A stretch of DNA of 64,000 nt from Chloroflexota bacterium (lineage in GTDB: Bacteria > Chloroflexota > Limnocylindria > Limnocylindrales > CSP1-4): assembly GCA_045804645.1 (NCBI GenBank), contig JBJMMR010000073.1, positions 1,146 to 65,145 of the forward strand, written 5' to 3'. Positions 17,354 to 26,108 of the stretch are shown one piece after another. The position numbers were made by a program, and so were the translations under genes. The first letter of the stretch is position 1; each line of letters begins with the position of its first letter. The notes beneath the pieces were generated by a model. It had not been told where the DNA came from. It was given only the letters and a program-made list of their open reading frames with translations, and searched no databases.

Positions 17354-20300
17354 ATGACCACGACCCGATCCCGTCGCTCGCGCACGCCCCCGTCCACCGA
17401 CTCGTCCGACCTGTCGGTCGAGTCCGCCACGTCCGATCGGAGCACGTCCGCACCGAACTCGTCCGCAACGTCCGGATCGACGACGCGTGCCGCTCGCGCG
17501 GCCAAGACGTCGGGCGACGGTGGGCGCAAGCGCCCCGCCAGCCGGAAGAAGGACCCCGACGGCGGCGACGGCGCGCTCCACGCCCTGCTGACGGCCGCCG
17601 TCGAAGAGACCGCGCGCCTCCTCCACGCCGACGGCGCGATGGTCTACCTGATGGATCCTGCCTCGGGGAACCTCCGCTTCGCGCACGACGCCGGCATCAA
17701 GCGTGCGCGCACACGCGAGTGGATCCGCGGGCTTGAGCTTGCGCCGGGCGTCGGCATGTTCGGGCTCGCTGTCGCGAAACGAACGACGGTCATCACGTCG
17801 GACTACGTGAACGACGCACAGTTCCGTCATTCCCGCGGCGCCGATCGTGTGGTCGACGACCTCGGCATCACCTCCATGGTCGTCTCGCCACTTCTCGCCG
17901 GGGACGAGGTATTCGGGGGTCTCGGCGCCTTCTCCAGGCACAAGGACGCCTTCGATCCCGCGCAGATCGCACTCGTGCGCGCGCTCGCCGAACACGCCGC
18001 CAGTGCCATGGCCAATGCCCGCCTGATCGAGGAGCTCGATCGTTCCCGGCAGGCGCTCGACCGGTCCCGGAGCGATCTCGCCCGCCGTGCCGACGCCGAG
18101 CAGGCGCTCCGCGAGATCGCCGCCCGGATCACCGCCCTACGCGATCCCGGGGAGATCCTCCAAGAAGTGGTCGAGCTCGCGAGTCGACTCGTCGGCGGGG
18201 AGGGCGCGATCCTCGACCTGCTCGACCCCGACTCGGGAAACCTGCGCTGGGCGTACGACGATGGGCTCGGCCGGCGGTTCACCGACGAAGAACGGGCGAT
18301 GCTCTGGATCTCGGTGGGGGAGGGCGCGACCGGCGTCGCCGTCGCCGAGGACCGCGCGGTCGTGGCCGGGGACGATCTCGCCTCGCTGTTCCCGCCGGGA
18401 CCGGAGAACACCAGCTTCTACGAGCGCACCGGCTTCCGCTCGATGATCGCTGCGCCGATCACGGGCGAACGTGGACCGCTTGGCGTCATCGAGGTCTATT
18501 CGGTCCGTCCGGATTCGTTCAGCGATGACGACGTCGCGCTGATCCGTGCGCTTGCAAGCCAGGCGGCCATCGCCATCACGAACGCGCGACTGATCACCGA
18601 GCTTGCCGAGTCGCGCGAGGCCCTCGAGCGCACCGCCGAGGCCGAACGGACGCTGCGCGAGATCGCTGCGTCGGTCAACGCGTTGCGCGACCAGGACGAG
18701 CTCCTCCAGGCGATCGTCGATGCGGCGACGCGGCTGCTTCGGTCGACCGGCGCGATGATCGACCTGTTCGATCCCGGCGATGTCTCGTTCGGCGGGTACC
18801 GTCACACGGATACCCGGCTCGCGTATGACGCCGCATTCCTGGAGGAGGTCGACGTCGAGCCGGACGCCGGCGTCTCCGGCCTGACGCTCAGGACCGGCAA
18901 GGTCGAGTGGAGCGGTGACTACATGAACGACGCGCGCTTCCGGCACACGCCGGAGCGCGACCGGTTCGTCACCGAGACCGGTATCCGCTCGGTCATCTCG
19001 GCGCCCCTCCTGCGCCGGGGCGAGGTCATCGGCTCCGTGACCGTCTACGCCGATCGTCAGGACGCGTACGACGAGCAGGACGCCGCCGTGCTCGCGGGCC
19101 TCGCCGACCAGGCCGCCGTCGCGATCGCGAACGTCAGTCTCATCCGCGAGCTCGAAGCGTCGCGCGAAGAGACGTCCCGGCGAGCCGACGCGGAGCGGAC
19201 CCTGCGCGAGATCGCCGTCCGTGTCTCATCGATCCTCGACCCCACCGAGGTCCTGGACCGCATCGTCGTCGAGGCGGCCCGGCTCCTCGGGTCGGACGGT
19301 TCACGCATCGACCTCTGGGACGACGAGACCGAGTCCCTTCTGTGGGCGTACTCGGCGGGCGACGCGATGCGCGACGTGCCCGACTGGGGGCGGACCGGCG
19401 GCATCAAGCCGGGCCACGCCGTGGCCGGTCTGGCGTTCCTTGACCAGCGCGCGTACATGACGGCCGATTACCTCGCCGACTCGCGATTCGTGACGACACC
19501 TGGCATCAAGCGCTTCATCACAGCAGCCGGGATCCGGGCTGTCATCGCGGTGCCGCTGACCGGCGAGGACAAGCGGCCGCTGGGCGTCCTGTCGGTCGTG
19601 TCGCGCCAACCCGGGGCGTACACCGAGAGCGACGTCGAGACGCTCTCGGCCCTCGCCACCCATGCCTCGATCGCCATCGTCAATGCGAACCTGATGGAGG
19701 CGCTCGCTCGATCCCAGGCGGACGTCGAGCGGCGTGCCGACGCAGAACGGACGCTGCGCGAGATCGCGGCACGGGTCACGGCGCTGCACGAGCCGGAGGA
19801 GGTCCTCCAAGCGATCATCGACGAGGCGCGGCGGCTCCTGCGCGCGGACGGCGCGGTGATCGACCAGTACGACGACGATCGGGACACGCTCGTCTGGGCA
19901 TATGACGCTGGACTGCCGACCGCACAGCGCGAAGCGCTCAAGCTCAATAGCCTCCGCGTGGGCCAAGGCGTCGCCGGCAAGGCCGTCGCCGAGGGGCGGG
20001 TCATCCACGTCGAGGACTACCGGACGGCCGACTTCGAACACGACGTCCTGACGGATTCGCTTGCCGAGCTCGCGAACGTGCGCGGCCTCGTCGCGGCACC
20101 GATCATCGGCGAGGCCGGCCCGCTCGGCGCCATCGAGGTGATGAGCCACGAGCCGAACGCCTTCGATGACATCGATATCGCCGTGCTCGGCGGTCTCGCC
20201 GAACAAGCCGCGATCGCGATCACGAATGCACGCCTGATCGACGAGCTCGAGCGATCGAAACGCGCGCTCGCCCGCCGCGCGGAGACCGAGCGGTCGCTCC

Positions 20301-23020
20301 GTGACATCACGGCGCGCATCGCCGCGCTCACCGATCGGGACGAGTTGTTCGAGCGGGTCGTCGAGGAAGCCCGGCGGTTGCTCGACACCGACGGTGCGCA
20401 CCTCACGCGCATGGCGCCGGACGGCGGCTACCTGATCCCGGTCGTGGTCGCGGGCGGTGCCGACGAGGCGACGCGGACGTGGCTGATGGGGATGCGCTTT
20501 CCGCTGGGCGGCGGCATCAACGGTCTCGCCGCCGAGCTCGGCGTGCCGGTCTGGACGTCCGACTACATGTCGGACGAGCGGATCCCGCACGAGTCCGACG
20601 ACGATGCGGCGGCGAGTCGGATGCAGCTCGTCGGCATGGCCGCGGCGCCACTGCGCGCTCCGGGCGGCGAGGTGATCGGGACGCTCGCGGTCTCGACGTC
20701 AGCACCCCGCACCTTCGCTGCCGCCGATCTCGACCTCCTCCAGGGCCTCGCCGACCAGGCCGCCATCGCGCTGACGAACTCGAACCTGATCGCCCGCGTC
20801 ACCCGTGAGGAGGCCCGCTTCCGCGGTCTCGTCCAGACCACGCCGGATGTGATCTGGCGCGCGGACGCGGACGGCATCTTCACGTTCATGGCCGACGCCG
20901 CCGAAGCACTATTCGGCTGGCCGATCGACCAGATCGTGGGGCAGCACTTCGCCTTCCTCACCCACCCCGATTCCATGCCGCTCGCGCGGGAGCGCTACGG
21001 GGCCGTCGGCCGCGATCCGGACCTGATCGACCGGGTGCCGCTCACGCTGGTCCGCCGCGACGGGACGTCCTTCGCCGCCGAGGTGACGACGGCGGGAGTC
21101 TTCGAAGATGGTGTGTGGGTCGGCGCGCAGGGCACCGTCCGGGACGTCTCCGAGCGGGCACGTCTCGAGCGTGAGCTCCGCGAATCGGAGGAGCGCTATC
21201 GCTTCCTCGTCCAGAACGCGCCGGACGTGATCTGGTCGATCGACGGCGAGGCGCGCCTGACGTTCCTGTCCGATGCGATCGAGCGCCTGACCGGGATCCG
21301 CCCAGACGAGCTGCTCGGACGTCACTTCGGCGCACTCGTCCACGAGACGTCGCGCGACGTGGCCGAAAGCGACTGGACCGGGCAGATGGAGCAGGGCTCG
21401 CAGGAGGTGCGCGGCCGGCTGAACCTGCGCCACCGTGACGGAAGCCCCGTGGCCGCCGAATTCATCGCGATCGCCACGCTCGACGAGAACGGCAAGTTTG
21501 CCGGCGCGAACGGATCCGTGCGCGACATGCGCGACCGCGATCGCCTCGAGCGCGACCTACGGGCGTCCGAGGATCGGTACCGGACGCTGGCATCATCGTC
21601 GCCGGACATGGTCTTCGCCACCGATGCCGAAGGCCGGTACACCTTCCTCTCGGACCGGGCGAAGACGATGCTCGGCTGGGATCTCGAGGCGAGCCTCGGC
21701 CGACCGTTCTTCGACAAGGTCGCACCGGGCTGGGAAGGTGCCGCCGCGGCGAGCTACCAGGCCGTGCTCGATGACCCCGCGACCGTCCATTCGGTCCGCA
21801 TCGACTTCCTCGACGGGGATGGGACGCCGCGTCCGCTCGAGATCAACGTGCTCGCGAAGGTCGAGGACGGGGTCCTCGTCGGGATCAACGGCGTCGCCCG
21901 TGACATCTCTGAGCGCCTGCGGCTGGAACGCGAGCTGAGCCAGTCCGAGGAGCGGTTCCGGTTCCTCGTGCAGAAATCGCCCGACATCGTCTTCTCGACG
22001 GATGCCGAGGGCCGGTTCACCTTCCTCTCCGAGGCGATCGAGCGCGTGACCGGTTACCGCGCGGACGATGTGCTCGGACAACATTTCTCGGTGCTGGTCG
22101 ACCAGTCGAGCGGCCCGATCGCAGGCGATCGGTGGGCCGAGCTCGTCGCCGACCCGAGCCGTGAGCAGCAAGCGGCCCTCGTCCTCGTCGGGCCCGACGA
22201 CCGCCGTGTACCGGTCGACGTCCGTGCGATCGGCATCGTCGACCACGAGGGGAACTTCGCCGGGATCCAGGGCGCGACCCGCGACGTGAGCGACCAGGTG
22301 CGGCTCGAGAACGAGCTCCGGCGTCATGCCGGTGAGCTCGCCGCTGGCGAGGAGCGGGCACACCTGGCGCGTGAGCTCCACGACTCGGTCACCCAGGCCC
22401 TGTTCTCGATGACGCTCGTCTCGCGCTCGGTCGAGATGTTGCTCGAGAAGGATCCGGCTGCCGCGCGCGATCAGCTGGCCCAGCTGCGCGATCTCCAGCG
22501 CGAGGCCCTGGCGGAGATGCGCGCGCTGATCTTCGAGCTGCGGCCCGGCAACCTCGAGCAGGACGGACTCGTCCGCGCCCTGAAGACGCACGCCAGCGCG
22601 CTCCAGGGCCGGCTCGGGCTGCCGATCCTGGTCGAGACCGACCTCGCTGACCGGCTCCCGCTCCCGGCCGAGGAGGTCCTGTATCGGATCGCGCAGGAGG
22701 CGCTCCACAACGTCGTGAAGCACGCAGCGGCGCATCGGGTGAGGGTCGACGTCCGGCGCGATGGCTCCGTCGTGAAGCTGCGCGTCGAGGATGACGGCAA
22801 GGGGTTCGACCCGGAGCGGGTGCCGGACGGCCACCTCGGTCTTGCCGGGATGCGCGCCCGCGCCGAGCGCATCGGAGCGGAGTTCTCCTGTACGAGCGCC
22901 GAGGGTCAGGGGACCACGGTCGAAGTCCAGATGGGGTCGGACGCCCTCGCGGCGCTCGAGACGGCTCCCGGGATCCGAACCGGAGCGGCTCCGGAGGTCG
23001 CGTCGATCCGCGACGGATGA
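17354..23020 (+). CDS. Soluble multi-sensor histidine kinase: 6x GAF, 4x PAS, HisKA_3, HATPase_c (NarL-partner type)
   Basis: ATG at 17354 in tracked ORF 17141..23020 gives 1888 aa. Ser/Thr/Arg-rich N-terminus, no TM segment. Six GAF-like modules are each followed by a linker LIxELxxSR..RRADAERTLREIA. Four PAS modules start E(E/D)R(F/Y)R.LV...PD. H-box ARELHDSVTQALFSM. ATPase motifs EALHNVVKHA, VEDDGKGF, GHLGLAGMRARAE. Confidence 0.85.
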   Translation: MTTTRSRRSRTPPSTDSSDLSVESATSDRSTSAPNSSATSGSTTRAARAAKTSGDGGRKRPASRKKDPDGGDGALHALLTAAVEETARLLHADGAMVYLMDPASGNLRFAHDAGIKRARTREWIRGLELAPGVGMFGLAVAKRTTVITSDYVNDAQFRHSRGADRVVDDLGITSMVVSPLLAGDEVFGGLGAFSRHKDAFDPAQIALVRALAEHAASAMANARLIEELDRSRQALDRSRSDLARRADAEQALREIAARITALRDPGEILQEVVELASRLVGGEGAILDLLDPDSGNLRWAYDDGLGRRFTDEERAMLWISVGEGATGVAVAEDRAVVAGDDLASLFPPGPENTSFYERTGFRSMIAAPITGERGPLGVIEVYSVRPDSFSDDDVALIRALASQAAIAITNARLITELAESREALERTAEAERTLREIAASVNALRDQDELLQAIVDAATRLLRSTGAMIDLFDPGDVSFGGYRHTDTRLAYDAAFLEEVDVEPDAGVSGLTLRTGKVEWSGDYMNDARFRHTPERDRFVTETGIRSVISAPLLRRGEVIGSVTVYADRQDAYDEQDAAVLAGLADQAAVAIANVSLIRELEASREETSRRADAERTLREIAVRVSSILDPTEVLDRIVVEAARLLGSDGSRIDLWDDETESLLWAYSAGDAMRDVPDWGRTGGIKPGHAVAGLAFLDQRAYMTADYLADSRFVTTPGIKRFITAAGIRAVIAVPLTGEDKRPLGVLSVVSRQPGAYTESDVETLSALATHASIAIVNANLMEALARSQADVERRADAERTLREIAARVTALHEPEEVLQAIIDEARRLLRADGAVIDQYDDDRDTLVWAYDAGLPTAQREALKLNSLRVGQGVAGKAVAEGRVIHVEDYRTADFEHDVLTDSLAELANVRGLVAAPIIGEAGPLGAIEVMSHEPNAFDDIDIAVLGGLAEQAAIAITNARLIDELERSKRALARRAETERSLRDITARIAALTDRDELFERVVEEARRLLDTDGAHLTRMAPDGGYLIPVVVAGGADEATRTWLMGMRFPLGGGINGLAAELGVPVWTSDYMSDERIPHESDDDAAASRMQLVGMAAAPLRAPGGEVIGTLAVSTSAPRTFAAADLDLLQGLADQAAIALTNSNLIARVTREEARFRGLVQTTPDVIWRADADGIFTFMADAAEALFGWPIDQIVGQHFAFLTHPDSMPLARERYGAVGRDPDLIDRVPLTLVRRDGTSFAAEVTTAGVFEDGVWVGAQGTVRDVSERARLERELRESEERYRFLVQNAPDVIWSIDGEARLTFLSDAIERLTGIRPDELLGRHFGALVHETSRDVAESDWTGQMEQGSQEVRGRLNLRHRDGSPVAAEFIAIATLDENGKFAGANGSVRDMRDRDRLERDLRASEDRYRTLASSSPDMVFATDAEGRYTFLSDRAKTMLGWDLEASLGRPFFDKVAPGWEGAAAASYQAVLDDPATVHSVRIDFLDGDGTPRPLEINVLAKVEDGVLVGINGVARDISERLRLERELSQSEERFRFLVQKSPDIVFSTDAEGRFTFLSEAIERVTGYRADDVLGQHFSVLVDQSSGPIAGDRWAELVADPSREQQAALVLVGPDDRRVPVDVRAIGIVDHEGNFAGIQGATRDVSDQVRLENELRRHAGELAAGEERAHLARELHDSVTQALFSMTLVSRSVEMLLEKDPAAARDQLAQLRDLQREALAEMRALIFELRPGNLEQDGLVRALKTHASALQGRLGLPILVETDLADRLPLPAEEVLYRIAQEALHNVVKHAAAHRVRVDVRRDGSVVKLRVEDDGKGFDPERVPDGHLGLAGMRARAERIGAEFSCTSAEGQGTTVEVQMGSDALAALETAPGIRTGAAPEVASIRDG
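17537..20806 (+). repeat. Intragenic tandem array of six GAF+linker modules (period 543-552 nt)
   Basis: The linker-encoding motif (RRADAE...LREIA) starts at 18083, 18629, 19178, 19730 and 20273. Confidence 0.8.
20807..22327 (+). repeat. Intragenic tandem array of four PAS modules (period 378-381 nt)
   Basis: E-E/D-R-F/Y-R module starts at 20807, 21188, 21569 and 21947. Each module ends with V/ARD(V/I/M)S/RER..LE.EL. Confidence 0.8.
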
Positions 23021-23105
23021 CGTAGACGGCGACAGTCATCCAGCCGAGTCGTGTTCCCGGCGAGCGTCCCTGTTCGGCGGCAAGCCTTCGCCCCACCATG
23101 GTGAC

Positions 23106-23513
23106 ATGTCTCAGTCCGGCCCCCGCGTTGATGGCCCGCTCCGAGTCCTGGTCGTCGATGCGGATGATCGGGTCCGGGAAAGCCTCACCGGTCTCCTCTC
23201 GATCAGCGGCCAATGCATGGTCGTCGCGAGCGCCGGTCAGGTCGGTGAGGCCCTCGATCTGGCGCTGGACCATCGCCCCGATGTCGTCGTCGTGGATCCG
23301 CGGCTGCCCGAGGTCGATGGGGGGATCGCCTTGATCACGCGTCTGCGTGCCCAGCTCCCGGGCGTCCGGATCCTGGCCATGAGCTGGTCCGATTCGCTCG
23401 AGTCCGCAGCGCTCGCAAGTGGCGCCGACGGCTTCGTCCGCAAGACCTTCCGACCGACCGAGCTGACCGCGGCGATCGTCGCGGCGGGACGAGGCGTGAA
23501 GCCCGCCGCCTAG
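23106..23513 (+). CDS. Stand-alone receiver-domain response regulator (CheY-like)
   Basis: 135 aa from the ATG in tracked ORF 22791..23513. LRVLVVDADD, VVVVDPRLPEVDG (phospho-acceptor Asp region), FVRK. No output domain. Confidence 0.75.
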   Translation: MSQSGPRVDGPLRVLVVDADDRVRESLTGLLSISGQCMVVASAGQVGEALDLALDHRPDVVVVDPRLPEVDGGIALITRLRAQLPGVRILAMSWSDSLESAALASGADGFVRKTFRPTELTAAIVAAGRGVKPAA

Positions 23514-23612
23514 ACGCAGCGCAGACGCCGTCCTTTGTTAGACTCGACCTCGCTCGCCGCTCGTCTCGCGACCCGAGCCCCCGCCGACGCCGTCACCGCG
23601 CCAGGAGCCAAC

Positions 23613-24278
23613 GTGTCCGATCCCGAGCCCATCCGCGTCCTCATCGTGGACGACCACTCGGTCGTACGCATGGGGCTCAAGATGTTCTTCGACCACCAGC
23701 CCGACATCGAGGTCGTTGGCGAGGCCGCCGACGGTTCCGAGGGTGTGGCCATGGCGCGCCGTCTTGAGCCCGACGTCGTGCTGATGGACCTGCTGATGCC
23801 GAATATGGATGGGGTGACCGCCATCGGTCGCATCAAGGCTGAGCGCCCCGAGACCGAGATCGTGACGATGACCTCGTTCATCGAAGAGGAGAAGGTCACA
23901 TCGGCGCTCGAGGCAGGTGCCTCGGGGTATGTGCTCAAGGACGCGGAAGCCGAAGAGGTCGCCGCCGCTGTTCGCTCGGCGTACGCGGGCGAGGTGCATC
24001 TCGACCCCGCCGTCGCGCGGCTGCTCGCACAGCGGATGCGCGCCAAGAAGTCGCCCGACGAGGAGCTCGCCGAGCCCCTGACGGACCGAGAGAAGGACGT
24101 GCTGCGTCTGCTCGGGCAGGGGATGAGCAACAAGGAGATCGGGGCCGAGCTGTTCATCACCGAACGGACGGCTCGGACGTACGTGTCGAACATCCTGGGC
24201 AAGCTCGGACTGGCGTCTCGGACCCAGGCCGCGCTCTACGCGGTCGAGCACAAGCTGGTCGACGGCCCCAAGGGGTAG
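23613..24278 (+). CDS. NarL/FixJ-family response regulator (REC + LuxR HTH)
   Basis: GTG at 23613 preceded by AGGAG (23603-23607) inside tracked ORF 23535..24278. IRVLIVDDHSVVR, VVLMDLLMPNMDG, LTDREKDVLRLLGQGMSNKEIGAELFITERTARTYVSNILGKLG. Confidence 0.9.
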   Translation: MSDPEPIRVLIVDDHSVVRMGLKMFFDHQPDIEVVGEAADGSEGVAMARRLEPDVVLMDLLMPNMDGVTAIGRIKAERPETEIVTMTSFIEEEKVTSALEAGASGYVLKDAEAEEVAAAVRSAYAGEVHLDPAVARLLAQRMRAKKSPDEELAEPLTDREKDVLRLLGQGMSNKEIGAELFITERTARTYVSNILGKLGLASRTQAALYAVEHKLVDGPKG

Positions 24279-24402
24279 CTCGCAGGCGGCGGTTCGCCGC
24301 GACGGCGCCGCCCCAAGGGGTACCTCGCAGGCGGCGGTTCGCCGCGACGGCGCGGGCCCAAGGGGTAGCTCGCAGGCGGCGGTTCGCCGAGCCGGCGCGG
24401 CC
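24268..24402. repeat. 3 x 45-bp tandem repeat starting inside the last 11 nt of the response-regulator gene
   Basis: Units start at 24268, 24313 and 24358 (CCAAGGGGTA(G/C)CTCGCAGGCGGCGGTTCGCCG...). Each unit has a GCGGCG-GTT-CGCCGC mini-hairpin. Unit 1 carries the TAG stop, and unit 2 has TAC at the same place. Confidence 0.85.
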
Positions 24403-24414
24403 CCCGAGCGCCGC

Positions 24415-24507
24415 CGGGCCCCGTGCGCCGCGCCTGCCGGGCCCCGTGCGCCGCGCCTGCCGGGCCCGGAGCGCCGCCCCTGCCCAGGCCGCGCCTGCCA
24501 GGCCCGC
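24415..24507. repeat. 23-bp tandem repeat (CGGGCCCCGTGCGCCGCGCCTGC), 2 exact-like units then degenerate units
   Basis: Unit starts at 24415, 24438 and 24461. Tracked GTG codons at 24423 and 24446 are exactly 23 nt apart. Confidence 0.75.
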
Positions 24508-24594
24508 ATTTCCGCCATTTGCCCCACCACACGAGCCTTCGTCAGTGGTCGCGACGGCGTCCGTGCACGAAACCTCGCGCGATACGAGGCAACT

Positions 24595-24666
24595 GCTCAT
24601 CTCATGTCACGTATGGCAGGGATCAGCTGACGAGTGCTCGCCTGGTGAGCGTCTGACAGAATCTCC
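24595..24666 (+). repeat. 72-nt dispersed repeat, copy R1 (two ~40-nt sub-units), homologous to 42786..42857
   Basis: Hand alignment gives about 52/72 identical positions, including the 12-mer GCTCGCCTGGTG and GATC.G.TGACGA. Confidence 0.7.
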
Positions 24667-24789
24667 CCCTTGGCTCGCGCCGGCGGCCATCGACGACGGA
24701 GCCCGCGGGCGCCCATCGCCCATCGCGGGCGCGCCTGCGCCCCTCGCCGCCCGGCTCCGCCGCCCGGCTCCGCCGCCCCGCCGCGCCCG

Positions 24790-26022
24790 TTACTCGACCT
24801 TGACCACCCGGTACGTCGCCCGCCCTCGTGGCGTCTCCACCGCGACCTCGTCCCCGGCGCGCGCGCCGACCAACGCCTGACCGACGGGTGACACGATCGA
24901 CAACCGTCCGGCGGCGGGCTTCGCCTCAGCCGATCCCACGAGCATGTAGACCGACTCGAACCCGTCGACCTCCACGGTCAGGGTCGAGCCGATGTTCGCG
25001 CCCTCACCAGCCGCGGGCGCCTCGGTGATCACCGCGCTCCGGAGTCGCGCTTCGAGCGCCTGGATCCGTCCCTCGAGGAACGACTGCTCCTCGCGCGCCG
25101 CGTGGTACTCGGCGTTCTCCTTGAGGTCGCCATGCTCCTTGGCGGTGCGTATCCGGGCGACCACCTCGGGCCGCTTGACCTCGGTCAACTCGCGGAGCTC
25201 GGCCCGCATCCGCTCCGCGCCCTCGGCGGTCAACGTGACCGACGCAGCCGCTGCCGCTCGCGATGTCATCGGCCGTGGCCGCGGTGCTGGGGCGGGCTGG
25301 GCGCGCACCCGCTTCGGCGGCGGTTCACCCCTGGCCCCTTCCGCGTCGCCATCGGGCACGACGACGACATGCGTCGGGGGAGCGGCGACCTTCTCCTCCG
25401 CCAGCAGCGATCCGGCGATGCCTGTCGCCTTTCGCTCGCCGGTCGGCCGGCGCAGGTTCGCCCAGGGCAGCACGACCGCCGTGTCCGGGAGCGCCGCCAG
25501 CTCCGATGCGGGCACCGCCGCGTCGAACGCCGTCAGCAGCGCATCCTCGTACTCCTCGACCGCGTCGGTCGCTGCCCACCAAACGCGCATGGATGTCCGC
25601 GGGTCGAGCGTCGCGAGCCAGTGGCCGCCAGCGTGCGGCCGTCGATCGCCGAGCGGTGTGCGCTGCATGGCGGCGACCCGCCCGCTGATCGAGGTTGACG
25701 ATGCGCCGACATATAGGACGGTCTGAGACGGCAGCCAGAACGCGCCGAGCCTGGTCGCGAGCGCCTTCGACGTCGGTCGCTCGCCATCGACGGTCAAGGA
25801 CGGCACTCGCTCGATCCATTTGCCGAGCCGCGTCAGCTCGACGGGCGCGCGCGCCGCCGGAGCCGTCGATTCGATGAGGAACACGCCGCCGCCCCGCGCC
25901 GGGACCGGTCGGCCCGGCCAGCCCCAGACAGCCGGACCGTCGGCGAGCAGCCCGACCTCGCGCAGCAACTCGGCGGCATTCACGACGTGGACCGCCACGA
26001 TCGGCGAGGGCGGAACGAGCAT
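24790..26022 (-). CDS. greA: GreA-type transcript cleavage factor fused to a ~250-aa N-terminal extension with a GIY-YIG-like motif set
   Basis: One uninterrupted frame (tracked 24790..26127). The C-terminal 159 aa (24790..25269) form a complete GreA (LTAEGAERMRAEL..., KEHGDLKENAEYHAAREEQSFLEGRI, SIVSPVGQALVGARAGDEV). The N-terminal part has GAFWLPSQTVLYVGASSTSISGRV...H...EEYEDALL. Start assigned to ATG 26022, but 26127 is possible. Confidence 0.6.
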   Translation of the reverse strand: MLVPPSPIVAVHVVNAAELLREVGLLADGPAVWGWPGRPVPARGGGVFLIESTAPAARAPVELTRLGKWIERVPSLTVDGERPTSKALATRLGAFWLPSQTVLYVGASSTSISGRVAAMQRTPLGDRRPHAGGHWLATLDPRTSMRVWWAATDAVEEYEDALLTAFDAAVPASELAALPDTAVVLPWANLRRPTGERKATGIAGSLLAEEKVAAPPTHVVVVPDGDAEGARGEPPPKRVRAQPAPAPRPRPMTSRAAAAASVTLTAEGAERMRAELRELTEVKRPEVVARIRTAKEHGDLKENAEYHAAREEQSFLEGRIQALEARLRSAVITEAPAAGEGANIGSTLTVEVDGFESVYMLVGSAEAKPAAGRLSIVSPVGQALVGARAGDEVAVETPRGRATYRVVKVE

Positions 26023-26108
26023 CGGGGCGACCGGGGTCGCGCCGGAAGATGATGAGATGGCACCCCGGGATGGTAGCCGTGGCGTCGCCGCGTTATCGTC
26101 CCGCCTGC

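Noticed and set aside
24268-24507. Tandem repeats considered as a CRISPR array
   Set aside because: The units are directly adjacent (45 bp x3, 23 bp x3-4) with no unique spacers. Unit sizes do not fit a repeat-spacer architecture, and no cas genes are in the window.
25269-25269. Stand-alone 159-aa GreA initiated at the internal ATG, with the upstream 250 aa treated as non-coding shadow
   Set aside because: The upstream in-frame sequence has protein-like composition and a motif series. There is no stop codon between the two parts and no SD before the internal ATG. This cannot be excluded without proteomics, so the fusion is reported with moderate confidence.
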